Shown piece after piece: positions 24,532 through 35,819 of a stretch of 64,000 nucleotides of DNA (positions within the stretch are counted from its first letter, which is position 1; each line of letters opens with the position of its first letter). This stretch comes from Amoebophrya sp. A120 (lineage: Eukaryota; Protista; Dinoflagellata), in NCBI GenBank assembly GCA_905178155.1, contig CAJINV010000014.1:1229858-1293857 (forward strand), given 5' to 3'. The position numbers were made by a program, and so were the translations under genes. The notes beneath the pieces are model-generated. The model did no database searches. It saw only the letters and a list, made by a program, of their open reading frames with translations, and was not told the origin of the DNA.

Positions 24532-26037
24532 ATGTACCCAACGGGCGAGATCGCGAACCCTGATGAGGTCAGCCTCCAGATGGAGGGCGGCGCCTTCCAA
24601 GGCAACAATGTTCCAACGATGCCAGCGGAGGTGGGTGGGACGGACGTGAATGTGTATCTGAGTCCGAACGGCCATGACTTGACCGTGGCGCTGTCCTGGG
24701 GCTGGGACATCGTCGAGGGAACTCCTGTCAGGACATCTCCGGTGGATCTGGATTGCTCCGTCGTGTGCTGCGACGCTGGCGGCCAGGTTTTGGACGCCTG
24801 CTACTTCAACCAGCCAATCTGCATGGCGGGGGCTATCATGCACTCGGGCGACAACAAGACTGGAGCGGGCGACAGTTACGACGAAACCATCCAGATCGAC
24901 ATCGACCTCGTCCATCCGGGGGTGTCTATCATGGTCTTCGTCCTGAACGCTTTCAAGGGCGGAAATTTGAGCAGCGTCGCCAACGCGAAGGTCACCATCT
25001 TGGAGGCGGGAAAACCGGAGCCCCCGTTGGCCGTGTGCCCGGTTACGATGCGTAAGGGAGACTTCACCGGTATGGTGCTCGGGTTTCTGTACAAGCCACC
25101 GGGGATCGAGGATAATCACGCCTGGAAGTTTCGAAATTTGTGCCGAGCTTGTCAAGGCAGAAACTTCGAGGAATCGCTGCCGGACGTGCGTCGGGCGTTG
25201 AATATCTCGGGTATTCTGGACCCCGCATCGTCGAATATGATTATGTCGATGGACAAGAAGTTTGACATGCGCAAGGGTGACTTCCTCGAGATCCCCCCGC
25301 ACCTCTTCCAGGACGGTTCGGACCTTTTCATCGGCCTCGGGTGGGAGACGCCGGGCGTCCGCGGGGGCGTGGATTTGGACGCGTCCGTGCTGCTTTTCGA
25401 CGCCCAAAACAACCTGATCGACGTGGTCAACTACGCAAATTTGTCCTTCCTCCAGGGCGCGGTCCGGCACAACGGGGACAACGTGACCGGCGCCGGGAAG
25501 GGCGACGACGAGAAGATCGATCTGGATGTCGACCGGCTGCCGCCCGTTGTCGCGCAGATGTACGTCGTGGTCAACGTGTACAGTTCCCGGCACTCCTTCC
25601 AGCACGTGTCCGACGCGTATGTACGGCTCTGCGCGGCGAAAAACAAGCATGAATTTTGCCGGTTTTGCCTGCAGAAGCAGACGGTCCTGGCCAACTGCCT
25701 GATTTTCGCCCGGATCTTCCGCGGCCCGGTTCGGGGGTCCTGGGTCTTCAACACCATCGGGGTCGGGTGTCACGGCAACGTCGCCACGCAGCCCAGCGTC
25801 CTGCAGGGCTGTCTCGCCTCGGTGAACGGGTTTGGCAGCACGGTTTCCCAGGTGGGGCCGAGCATGATGAAGAACGTGCAGCTGTTCCAGCCGGTCCAGG
25901 TTGGCGGGGGAGGTCCTGGTGCGGCCATAGTGCAACAACCTATGAACGCCGCCGTCGTGGCAGGAGGGGGCGGGGGGGCCGCAAGTCCGACGCGACCGCC
26001 ACCGCCCTCTGGTGGAGGTTGCTGTGTCATTTTGTGA
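24532..26037 (+). CDS. Tandem TerD-domain protein (TerD/CABP1-like) with C-terminal CaaX (CCVIL); intronless
   Basis: Two TerD units: LSWGW..DLDCS..CYFNQ..IMHSGDNKTGAGDSYDETIQIDID and IGLGWE..DLDASVLLFD..VNYANL..VRHNGDNVTGAGKGDDEKIDLDVDRLP; ends GGGCCVIL*. Confidence 0.92.
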   Translation: MYPTGEIANPDEVSLQMEGGAFQGNNVPTMPAEVGGTDVNVYLSPNGHDLTVALSWGWDIVEGTPVRTSPVDLDCSVVCCDAGGQVLDACYFNQPICMAGAIMHSGDNKTGAGDSYDETIQIDIDLVHPGVSIMVFVLNAFKGGNLSSVANAKVTILEAGKPEPPLAVCPVTMRKGDFTGMVLGFLYKPPGIEDNHAWKFRNLCRACQGRNFEESLPDVRRALNISGILDPASSNMIMSMDKKFDMRKGDFLEIPPHLFQDGSDLFIGLGWETPGVRGGVDLDASVLLFDAQNNLIDVVNYANLSFLQGAVRHNGDNVTGAGKGDDEKIDLDVDRLPPVVAQMYVVVNVYSSRHSFQHVSDAYVRLCAAKNKHEFCRFCLQKQTVLANCLIFARIFRGPVRGSWVFNTIGVGCHGNVATQPSVLQGCLASVNGFGSTVSQVGPSMMKNVQLFQPVQVGGGGPGAAIVQQPMNAAVVAGGGGGAASPTRPPPPSGGGCCVIL

Positions 26038-26149
26038 AGTTGCAATTTGCGAGAGCGAAAAATCAAAAGCGAATTAGAGTCATACCTTGACAATGAAAGT
26101 AACTACACTTAGAGATGAAGAGCTGCGATTCTCGCCACGATGGCAGCAT

Positions 26150-26296
26150 CCATGAACAGAACATCATGTGCACTGCGACTAGTTTAAGTTCTGGTGTGTA
26201 CTAGTTTAGTTTAGTTTAGTTTAGTTTAGTTTAAGTTCTTATGAACAGAACATCATGTGCACATGCACTGCGACTAGTTTAGTTTTAGTTAAAGTT
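26150..26296. repeat. Local duplication (atgaacagaacatcatgtgcac...tgcgactagttt x2) around a (TTTAG)n array
   Basis: Copies at ~26152 and ~26241; about six tttag units between them. Confidence 0.8.
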
Positions 26297-26506
26297 TTAT
26301 CGCAGAGCCGCAAGTAGGGTTTTAAAGTAGCAGCGTAGAGGTGCCCGTAGAGAAGTTAGTTTCGTAGAGCCAAAAGAGCAAGAAGTAGTTAGACAGCCCA
26401 CAGAGCAAAAAGCGCAGCCTCACGCCAAAGTTAGTTTTAGTCAGTTTCCTCAGCGCTAAGTGTGTGAGCAGGCCCGTGAGAAAAGAGGAAAAAGAACAAC
26501 CAAGAC

Positions 26507-26561
26507 GCTTCTTTTGTGTTTGTTCTTTTGTGTTTGTTCTTTCTTGCCGCACGTACAATAG
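26507..26561 (+). repeat. Pyrimidine-rich motif ending in AG, copy 2 (with internal duplication)
   Basis: gcttcttttgtgtttgttcttttgtgtttgttctttcttgccgcacgtacaatag. Confidence 0.75.
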
Positions 26562-27084
26562 TTCTGAAGTTGTTGTACTGGATCGACCCCGAAAGCAATT
26601 GATGCGCTGAAGGTGATGATCAAGCATTGCGAAAAATGCGATCAACACTTTTTTTCAGATCAAGATCTCAAGGAAGATTCTTTTCCACATGCTTTTTATT
26701 TTTGCCTTGGAGGTACGTACTAGTGTCCTTGGATGGAAGTGAAAATCTTCGAACACGCGGCTGCGGCTCACCGACGAGGGTCCATTATGATCTGAAACTT
26801 CAGCTGTTGATGTTTTTGTGTGCCTGTCCATGTTGATGAGTTCCTTTTTTCTACTTCCGGCATCTCCGCATTTTTGGAGATTTGTAGAAGTTTTATACAG
26901 TTTCGTTTTTGCAGAGTTTTAGTGATTATGCGTGGCAGTTTTGCTCTTGCAGCCACAATTTTATGCCTCTCGTGTTTAGCGGTCACAAAAGAAGAAACTA
27001 CTTACACTTACTCCCATATAATTATAGGAATCGATCAGCACGCGCGTGGTCCAAATGTAGGATATTCATATTGAATTGAAGACA

Positions 27085-30000
27085 ATGGAGGATTTTCTAA
27101 TTGTGGAAAACACATCATCAACGTCCAGTGCGAAGATTTCTAACAGCCGCGAGCAGACGAAGCCTGCAGACGACGCGGTAGAAGAAGAACACGAATCCTT
27201 GGCCCAGCCCCGCGCTGGTGGACCACCTGCACCACCGACTACTAGCAGTAGACCTGGTGACCACGACCACCACAACTCGAGCGAAACAACCGATGTTGTG
27301 CGCTTTGTTCCAGCAAACGAAAGCACAGAGTCTTTCGAGTTTCGTCCTGGCAAGCGAGGCCACGCGGAAGAAGTAGAGGACGTCAATAATGATGCTGTGT
27401 CCTCTCCTGGTGCGGTGGACAATAAGCCGCAAAAAGCGCCGCAAGAGGATGACAGTCATCCATCTGCGGACAGAGACGACGACGAGAAATGCAAAGCTGG
27501 CGCCGGCAAAATAGAAGAAGCTGTCAAAGATGATGAACAGCCCCGCAAGAAGAAGGAGAGCGATCGGAATGAAATAATAAATGCGCAGCATGAAGATCGG
27601 GCAGAAGCTGTAGGTACACGCCACCAGCATCTTCGTGCAAAAAATTTCAATTTTCAAATCCCAGTTGCAGACGAAATCGAACTGCTCCAGCAGCTGATTT
27701 ACTGGCGCCTGAAGCAGCGGCTGCTGTGGATGAGAAAGCAGCAGTTGCGGGGGCGGAAGATCCCGCTGCAGTACCGCACGCTATTGGAGATCGAGGAGAA
27801 AGTTGATTTTGTCGTTTCGGAAGTGTTGCTTCGAAAGATCGTGGCGTTTCTGATCTTTCACGACAGTCGTGCACCACCAGCCGGCAGAAGTGGGGAAAAC
27901 ATCCCTTCTGCACAAGAGGTAAGAGTAGTGGAAGGAGTTGAAGTTGATCCAGACGCTGATGATCCAGACGCTGTCGTGGTTTCGAACAACGTAGATGGAA
28001 ACGAGGTGCAGTATGCATCCGCTAGTATGATTACGGGTCCTCCTCCTCGTCGCACTCGCGTGGAAGGAGATCCAGATCACCACGCCCAGCAGCCCACCAG
28101 CACATCGACTACCTCGTCCGCGGCGCATCTGTTGCATCGCAAGAGGAGGCACCTTGTAAAGCTCCTAGATCATCATCACCACAACAAGCACAACAATAAC
28201 CACCGAAACAACAGGACGAGAAGACATGGGACGATGATGAATAAAGGGAAGGACGGCTTGGATGAAGCTGGTGAAGAAAACGGGGAGAGCCTCCACGAGC
28301 AGCAGGGAACAAGAAAGAAGACGAGTTTGTTTGATAAGCAAGTGCGCGCGATCTATCAAATGCAAAAATGTCTGGGTCTGGAAACTTGTGATGCTGGATG
28401 GCGTCTCATGATGAGGCCACAAATGCTGGCTCAGCATGACAAGTTTCTGAGCTTCTAGGTGTTGCCTATTGATTCTGCATGACAAACTGCGTTTCTGCAT
28501 CACAGAAAAATGGAGCTCTTGAGTGACGTGCATGACAGATTTAAGAGTCATGCCAGACAAGCATGACAAACATGAACTTTTCCAGACCCAGACATTTTTG
28601 CAATTGATACGATCTGTAAGATGCTTTTCTTCGCCGAACGGCTGCAGCCACGGTATTTATCGCACGTGGTGGCGAAAAAGAAAGAGAAAACAAGTAAGGA
28701 TGAGCATGTTCAAGCGGCTTCTACTTCTCAGAAGACTGGCGAACAACATCGTGCGGGCGACGATGATATTAATCAGCTTACTACAGATGACAACGTCCTC
28801 GTAGCGCCGGGCGAAGGCGAAAAGAAGTCAGGATCCTCGCCATCGGCAACCTTTCCACCAGCTGCTGGGCTGGAAGTAGTAAATGGCGAGGGCAGCAAGA
28901 GAACGCAGCAAGACAAGCAGCAAGAAGGTGGACCTCTTGTAACAGCAAAGACAAAGAGACAGGAACCAACCGCAAAAATAGAAGTTGACGCAGCGGCTAA
29001 AACTTCAGCTACAAAAGTTGCAGTTGTGAAAGCTGCCAAGGGGAAGGCCAAAGCAGTGGCGACTAGGAGAAAGCGCAGCAGCAGTAGTTCTTCGAGTTCC
29101 TCAAGCGGTTCCTCCTCCTCCTCTTCTGGATCAAGTTCGTCATCGTCCTCTTCTAGTGGCAGCAGTAGCTCTAGCTCCTCCAGCAGCGGAAGTAGTAGCT
29201 CTTCCTCCGGTTCGAGTTCGTCTTCCTCTGGGAGTGATAGCAGCAGCAGTTCCTCCTCCTCTGACAGCAGGAGCAGCCTGGAGCGGCGCCGCAGAATAAA
29301 ACGGCGCGCCGCGCTTCTGGCGGCTAGGAGGAAGCAAATAGCGGAGCAGAAAAGTAGATTGAAGACAGAGGAACAGCAGGGTGGTCGTGCTGGGACGAGA
29401 GGTGCACGAGATCATGTTGGTGACGCAGCTGCACCAGGCGGTAGTACAACTTCTCACACCGGAAAAATCGCAGTCGGAACACCAATTATCGAGGAGGATC
29501 CTGCTGCATTGAAAAATAAACGCCGGCGAAAGAAGAAAAAGAAAAAGCCACTGTTCGATGCTGATGGGAATCCGATCGTAAGCAACAATCTAAGTAGGAA
29601 AGAGCGCGGGGAGAAGCGGAAACAGGAAGAAAGGCAAGAGGTCTCGGATCTGTTGCAAGTGCTGTTTCAGCAGATCAAGGACTGCGGAGCAGGAAGTACA
29701 ATTACGAGTCTACAGGAAGACGGTGAAGATGTAGTTGTACTTCCAACCACATTGGAGTTCCTGATACCGCCGAGTAGCGTCGTTGAGACGAGGGCAGCAC
29801 AAATTGTATCTGAAGTGATTGACGCGAAGCCGACTGCTCCTGTCCTCGCGCCATCCGGTCTTCTCGCAGCGCCTTCTGGTGAAGACCGGCCCTCCACGTC
29901 CACTCCAAAATCCATCTACGATGTCGCACTGTACCAAATTTTTCGTGTTCTGCGGCGAAAAGCCGGGAGAAAGTGGGGTCAGAATCTTCATGCAGTGTTT

Positions 30001-33000
30001 GCCTTGGCGACGCAGGTAACTGTCTTGGTGGTGGAGGCATGCCGGACGAAAGCAGCGAGGGGAAATAGTAACGCCAGTGCCCCTGCTGAGAGTCGTGATG
30101 CCACTATCACAAAAACGACGACTACGCCAGATGTAGTGCATCTTGATAGCACAAGAAGAGAGCAGTTTCTGTTGCAGAAGAAGGTTCTTCTGAATGCCGA
30201 CCTCTCGAGGGAAATCACACAGTGGCTCGGCTTGCTGCGAGAAGAAAGGGCGCTGTTTTTGGGACGCGGCAAGGACAAAAATAACGGAAAGATGAACTAC
30301 AGGCAGGGAAATACCAGCAAAAGTAGGGGCACCGGGAAAAACCAGAAGAACGGCGCGACGTCGCACGGCGACGCGACCACTGCTCAGGAAGATGTCGGGG
30401 GGAAAAATTCGTGGACGGGGCGTCCTGGTCCAAAGGAACAATCAAAAGCGAACTGGAACGGAAAAGAGGGAAAATTCTTGTCCAAAAGTAGTCACGGCGG
30501 AGCGGGCGCGAAGAACAAAGGTGGAGGTAGCGGTTCGATGAGCAAGTACCACACTACATCTGGATGGGAGCAGAGCCAGGGCCAAAAACAGCACGGCAAA
30601 TACAAAAACGGAAGTGGTAAGATGAACGAGTGGTGGCACGACGATTACGAACAAGATACAGCCGGGCATCAGTACAGCACAGAGCAGGGGACATCACGGA
30701 AGGGCAAGGGCCAGCACGCTGCGAAATTTTACAGTGGATTCAACAAGCATCAAGACTATGACGCTCACTCTCACAGCAAGAGCACGTTTGTGGACCCGAC
30801 GCAAAGCTTCAATTACGATGCAGGAGCTGCTGGTCATCGAATGCAGGGTCGTGCGCATGCGACTTATAAAGGAGAGGCGTCATCAAAGGCAAACCAGGAA
30901 AATGTCTCTGCCGACAATGTGAGACATACTGAGACCAACAAGGGAAGACAGTCTGGAAAGAATTTTTCCTACGCCGCATTTTCTTCAGCCAGCTACAGCG
31001 ATGGCACAGAAGTCGCACAAAGCAGTGCCAACATTTCTTCCAGCTGGCACGACGAGAACGCGCACAACTCGCCCGAAGAAATCGAAACTTGCTTCCGTCT
31101 TGTTTTCCAAACACTTCCCGCCCTCGCCTCCATTCCAGAACAGGAGTTACAGGATAGAAAGAAGCAGCTGCAATCCGCTGTGAATTCGGAGGACTTCGTG
31201 CAGGCGGCGGTGTTGAAGGAAGAGGTGACTGAATTGAGGGAAAAAGCAGCTGACATCACAAATTTAGTCAATATTTACGCGCTGAAACCCTTGGAAGACG
31301 AAATCGAGAACTTGGCGACCGGCAGCAACAGTAAAACTGAGTTCTTTACGACAAAAGACGACCTAGCGCGGTTGTTTGACTCGTTGGCACAGCATTTGAA
31401 ACTTTTGGAGAAGTTTGTGCAAACGAATTTCGGCCTACTTGAAGGTGGTCGAGCGCCGGCCCCCGAAGTACTACGCTCGGTTGAGCATTATCAACCTCTT
31501 CCTGGCAGGAGCTCCTCCGCGGGCACTAGAACTACTCCGATATCGGCGAAAGAAGCCGACCTTCGGCGGAGGCTCGGCGGAGCGATCGTGGCGGGAGGCC
31601 AGCGAGTGTTGAGCACGACTTTGGACGAGAACAGCGCCAGCCAATTCGGTTCGCTTTCCACCTCGACGGGGAAAAATGCAGTAGGTGGAAAACAAGGGTC
31701 TGGTGGCAGGAAAAGCAACCAGCCACAGTCTTCAACTTCCTCGCAGCGAAACTCCAATTACGCGTTGGAAGAGCGCCTGCAAAAGCACCGTGAGTTCTTT
31801 GCGGTGTTTCAGTCAGAGGAGGAACAGATTGGAAAAGTGAATCCGGGGAATAAAGCGAAAGGCAACAAGGGCTCATCATCATCTTCGAAAGCGCCTGTGT
31901 CGTACGCTAGCATGGTTGTAGCAGCCGACAATAAAAAGCAGAAGGACCTCCACGCCGGTCGTCGTGTCGAAGAAGACACCGAAGTTCATGAGGTTACCAG
32001 CTACATGACGAAGAAGAGACCGAAGTTCATGAAGCTCTCGCTCATCCTTCCCGCCCCGGGCGAGGGGTGGGAGTGGCGGGCGGCTGCTCCGCACGTGGGA
32101 CGACGAGACGCACTGGCCCGCATCGCGACCTCCGCAGCGTATCTGAGCTACGGCGTGCCGAATCTGAACGTCGCGGACATTGTTTTCGTCTTCGAGGACG
32201 GAAGCTTTTTGACGTTTCAACCGAAAGATCTGGTCAGGAGCGTGCCGATACCCTGCGAGAAAAAGTTGATCGAGTATTTAGCGAAGGTAGGACGAGTTGT
32301 TGGTGCGCAAACTACGAATTTTTCCAATTCGACGCGAAACAAGAAAAGCAGTGAAGATGGTGCAAAGCAAACTACTCCTTCGCCGCCATCCTCAACTACT
32401 AACGCGGGCTTAACCACTGCGTTGAGAAACTTGATTGATTCCACCACCTCCGCGAGCAGTAGAGCAACCTCGAGTACCAGTAGCTTCTGTTCCCTTTTTC
32501 TCGACGAGAATAGTTGTAACCTTCCGTCGCTTTCGACCATGGCCCTGGCGGACGAAAATCTGGTTCTCCGTGCGCTACAGCAGGTGGAAGAACAACAAAC
32601 GCGCGTGTACAAGAACGAGGACACACACGGATCAAAGGGGAAGGATAAGGCAAGGAAGTTCAAATCTTCTCCCTCGTCCGTGAACAATTCCTCAGCTATC
32701 CGAAATTTCGACCACTGCCTGGTTTTCCTGGGCGCCGTGCGGGACATCACGAGTAGCGAGAAAAAAGAGTGCAAGGCTGTGCTGCAGGAGCACAAGATTC
32801 CCTGGGTGATCGCGCGGCTAGGCACCCAGGCGGAATTCACGTCCAAAATCGTCGACATTCTCCTCGCTTACAATGCCTACGGAAAGCTGGCGAACGGCAT
32901 TCGCAATATGCACGTGTGGAACAGCAGCACAGCGGGACTACAACTTGTAAGTGGAGGGAGTGCTGGTGTACGCTCGAGTAGTAAGAGCTCCTCTGCCTCC

Positions 33001-34572
33001 ACGACCTCCACCTGGGACCAGCTTTTGTTGGGCTACAACGCAGGAGGTGGAGCAACCTCATCATTTGTTGCCAGTAGGGGCAATAAAGACGGTACTGGTA
33101 AAAAACCGTCTCGCCAACTACACGGTCGTAAAGGCAAAGGAGCGAAGCAGCAAAGTGGCACACCAGAAGATGTTGATGACTCGTCGTCGGGCACCAGTGC
33201 TCCTCCTTCCCTCTCCTTTGTTCTAGGTTGGATGGACCTGAAGACGCAAGAGGACGCGGTGTATTACATCCACCGCGCTTGTGTTATGGCGTTCTCAACT
33301 GTTACATTCTCAACTGTTACATGGATTTGTCATGCAAAAGCACCACTATCATCCTCACGATCAAGCTGCTCCGCATGACAAATCTGCGGAGGGCTAAATA
33401 GCACTATAATCCTTCCCAAATCTGTAATGCAAAAGGCGCAATCTTCCTCTCCTCCTTTCACTATTGCCCTTCTTGCATTACAAATTCGTGTAACAGTTGA
33501 GAATGTAACATTTGAGAACGCCATATGTGTCTCGCACCTGTGGCGCTCCCACGGGATGAATGAAAAGGCAAACGCGGTCTCGTTTCTGCTGCCGGAACAG
33601 TTCTCGAGAAATCGAGTTGCAACTACTAGTGAAGAACAGGCGGGAAATAACTACAAAGCGGTCAACAACACGTCATCACGGCACCTCCTCGCCATCTACC
33701 CGAAAATCGTGACCAACATGAACCGGCAGCACCGCGCGGCCCCCACGGAGGGGAATTTGTTCCTGATGCTGTACGCCTTTTTCCGGAGTCGAGGGGAGGC
33801 CCTGCAGAGTTTGCGGACGCGCTTCGCAGCCCCGTTCGAGAACAACTGGATTGCGATGCGGGGCAAGTGGGAAAACAAAGCAATCGAACTGGAGGTGGAT
33901 GACGAAATAGTCGAAGTGGTGGAGGAGAAAGAGTTTCTGGAGAGGGCAAGCAAGGGGCGAGATGAGAGGAAAGTAATAGGCGATAAAAGCAGCGCAGGCT
34001 CCAAGAATTCCTCCGCGAATTACATGATGAAAACTACTCTGGTGCTGCAACTACAACTGGGAGACCAGCACAAAACCAGCGTAACGTCTAGCAAACTCAC
34101 CACCCGAGAGGAAACTACACACGATGGTGAACACAACCAAGTATCTTCGGAGATATTGACGCTGGACCCTTCGGTCTTATTAGCAGGAGGAGGTGGAGGC
34201 GGAAAAGCAAGAGCGGCATCTTCTGAAGTGGATGATCCCGCTACTTCCGCGGTATTCGCTTCCGTCGACAAGGTCGTGATCGTCTTGCAGACGATACAAA
34301 GGGAGGTGACATTTCCAACGTTTGCTGTGACTTCTGCTCCAGGAGCTGGAAGTGTTTATTTCGACACGGAAGTTGTTTTACATGAGTCAGAAGACCACGA
34401 ACAGGATCCTGCAAGTACAACTTCCAGCAGAAGTGGTAGGATAGTGAAGACCGTGAAGAACCTTCGCATGCCCTTGATGTCGCACCACGCGGCCATTGCG
34501 CTGTTGAATAGTTGGCACCAGGAGAATCTGCTACTGCCGGCCTTGGAGAAAATGTTGAAAAACTCCACTTAG
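27085..34572 (+). CDS. Large (~2330 aa), mostly low-complexity protein with poly-Ser tract, UVR-like helical motif and two C-terminal TrmY-like SPOUT methyltransferase units. Exons 27085-28353, 28615-33284, 33531-34572
   Basis: Element removal joins QVRAI|CKMLFF and HRACV|SHLWRSHG in frame. Unit 1: GRRDALARIATSAAYLSYG..PCEKKL..LFLDEN..VFLGAVRDIT..ARLGTQAEFTSKIVDIL. Unit 2: IHRACVSHLWRSHG..PTEGNL..LRMPLMSHHAAIALLN. UVR-like: LQSAVNSEDFVQAAVLKEEVTEL (~31165-31235). Confidence 0.7.
28354..28609. mobile_element. Family-A TIR/DR element, 256 bp, DR cgatc
   Basis: cgatc|tatcaaatgcaaaaatgtctgggtctggaa...ttccagacccagacatttttgcaattgata|cgatc; removal fuses ORFs 27076 and 28621. Confidence 0.92.
29077..29265 (+). 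repeat. Coding poly-Ser/Gly tract (~60 aa) with mixed Ser codons
   Basis: SSSSSSSSSSGSSS... in ORF 28621, preceded by RRKR. Confidence 0.85.
33285..33525. mobile_element. Family-B TIR/DR element, 241 bp, DR tgtgt
   Basis: tgtgt|tatggcgttctcaactgttacattctcaactgttac...gtaacagttgagaatgtaacatttgagaacgccata|tgtgt; removal fuses ORFs 28621 and 33427. Confidence 0.92.
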
Positions 34573-35819
34573 AGGATAGACTACGTCGCACTCCTTAGTA
34601 TTTTAGCGCCCGATAAGTGACGAAGTGACCACGAGACCGTGACATGACTTCCACACGACGACAACCAGGCATAGCGACTCAATCCGAAAATTTAAATTTA
34701 AACGTTTTCATCATTATAGTGAAACATACAACGCGACTGCAGTTCGTTGAAAAAGGCAGCGATAATTTAGACCATTTTTCGGGTCGTGTGTGTTTTCCGT
34801 GTCCAGCTACTTTGAACTGTATTTCATCTATCACGTGCACGCTTGCGACTCGTTTATCTCGTTCATCATTTAGCTATCGTTTACGTATGTCCCACTCGGT
34901 TTCTCTCTTGATCTTCCGTTCGGTTCCGTTCGTCCAATACAAGTCCATTTCTGCTCTCCGTCCGTCTCTGCGTTCGCTCGGTACCTCCTTCGCTCGGTAC
35001 CTCGTTTTCGTGCAAATAGACCAACGTGGTGAATTTCCTGCTTTGCAACCGTTCGCTCTTCTCGTTTTTCGCAAGACCTTCGTGTTAGCCGGCACATAAA
35101 TTGAAGTCAACACTGTTTCTTTTTCCTTGCCTTTCTGCTCAGGTGTTATGCCTAAATCCCCCCCTGAGAAATTATGAATTGCACTCCCCGATCAACCGTT
35201 TTGGATGAACTTAAGCCCCATATGAAATGCTAGTCGAACACTTCCCCACTTACCATGAGATGAACTTCTACTCCTGCTACGCGTGATTCTATTTCCATCT
35301 ACTTGTCAGCCTCAACCGTGCTACGTTACTGCGTGAGCAGGAACGTCAGCCGCTGCTGTTGTAGAAGGTTCAGGTTGCGCAAGAATCAGGAGAAGTCATC
35401 GCGTATAGTTGAAGTAAGTAGTTTACAGTCGGTCACGTATGGGTGTGAAAAAGAAAATTGAAAGGGAACGCCTACGAAAATTAGCAATTTCCCCGAAAAG
35501 AAATCACACACGATAAGTCTTTACCCCGAAGAACTTCTCGTTTTCATCCGAAGCTTCGAAAAATTACTAGCCCCATATTCAACACCCCCCCCAGATATAT
35601 CATAACCCCGAAATCAAAAATAAACAACAGCATGGCGCCACTTCGAAACGAATGCGTCAACAACATTTCGACAATTGCGAAGACCACATTCCACGACAAT
35701 GAAAATGAAGCTCCCAGCCTACCCAGCGGGAGCTTTTCTTCAAGAACCTCAGTTTCAAGCCCAACGACGTGAACAAGCATCGCCAATAATCGGAGAACAT
35801 CAAAAGACTCGCACTTATC

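Noticed and set aside
24418-25938. 506-aa minus-strand ORF and other long antisense or alternate-frame ORFs over the TerD and NHE genes (e.g. 38528-40036, 54471-55877)
   Set aside because: Shadows of GC3-rich coding sequence with no motifs; the overlapping + frame has clear domains.
26200-26235. Telomeric repeat
   Set aside because: (TTTAG)n lacks the GGG of TTTAGGG and is short and internal.
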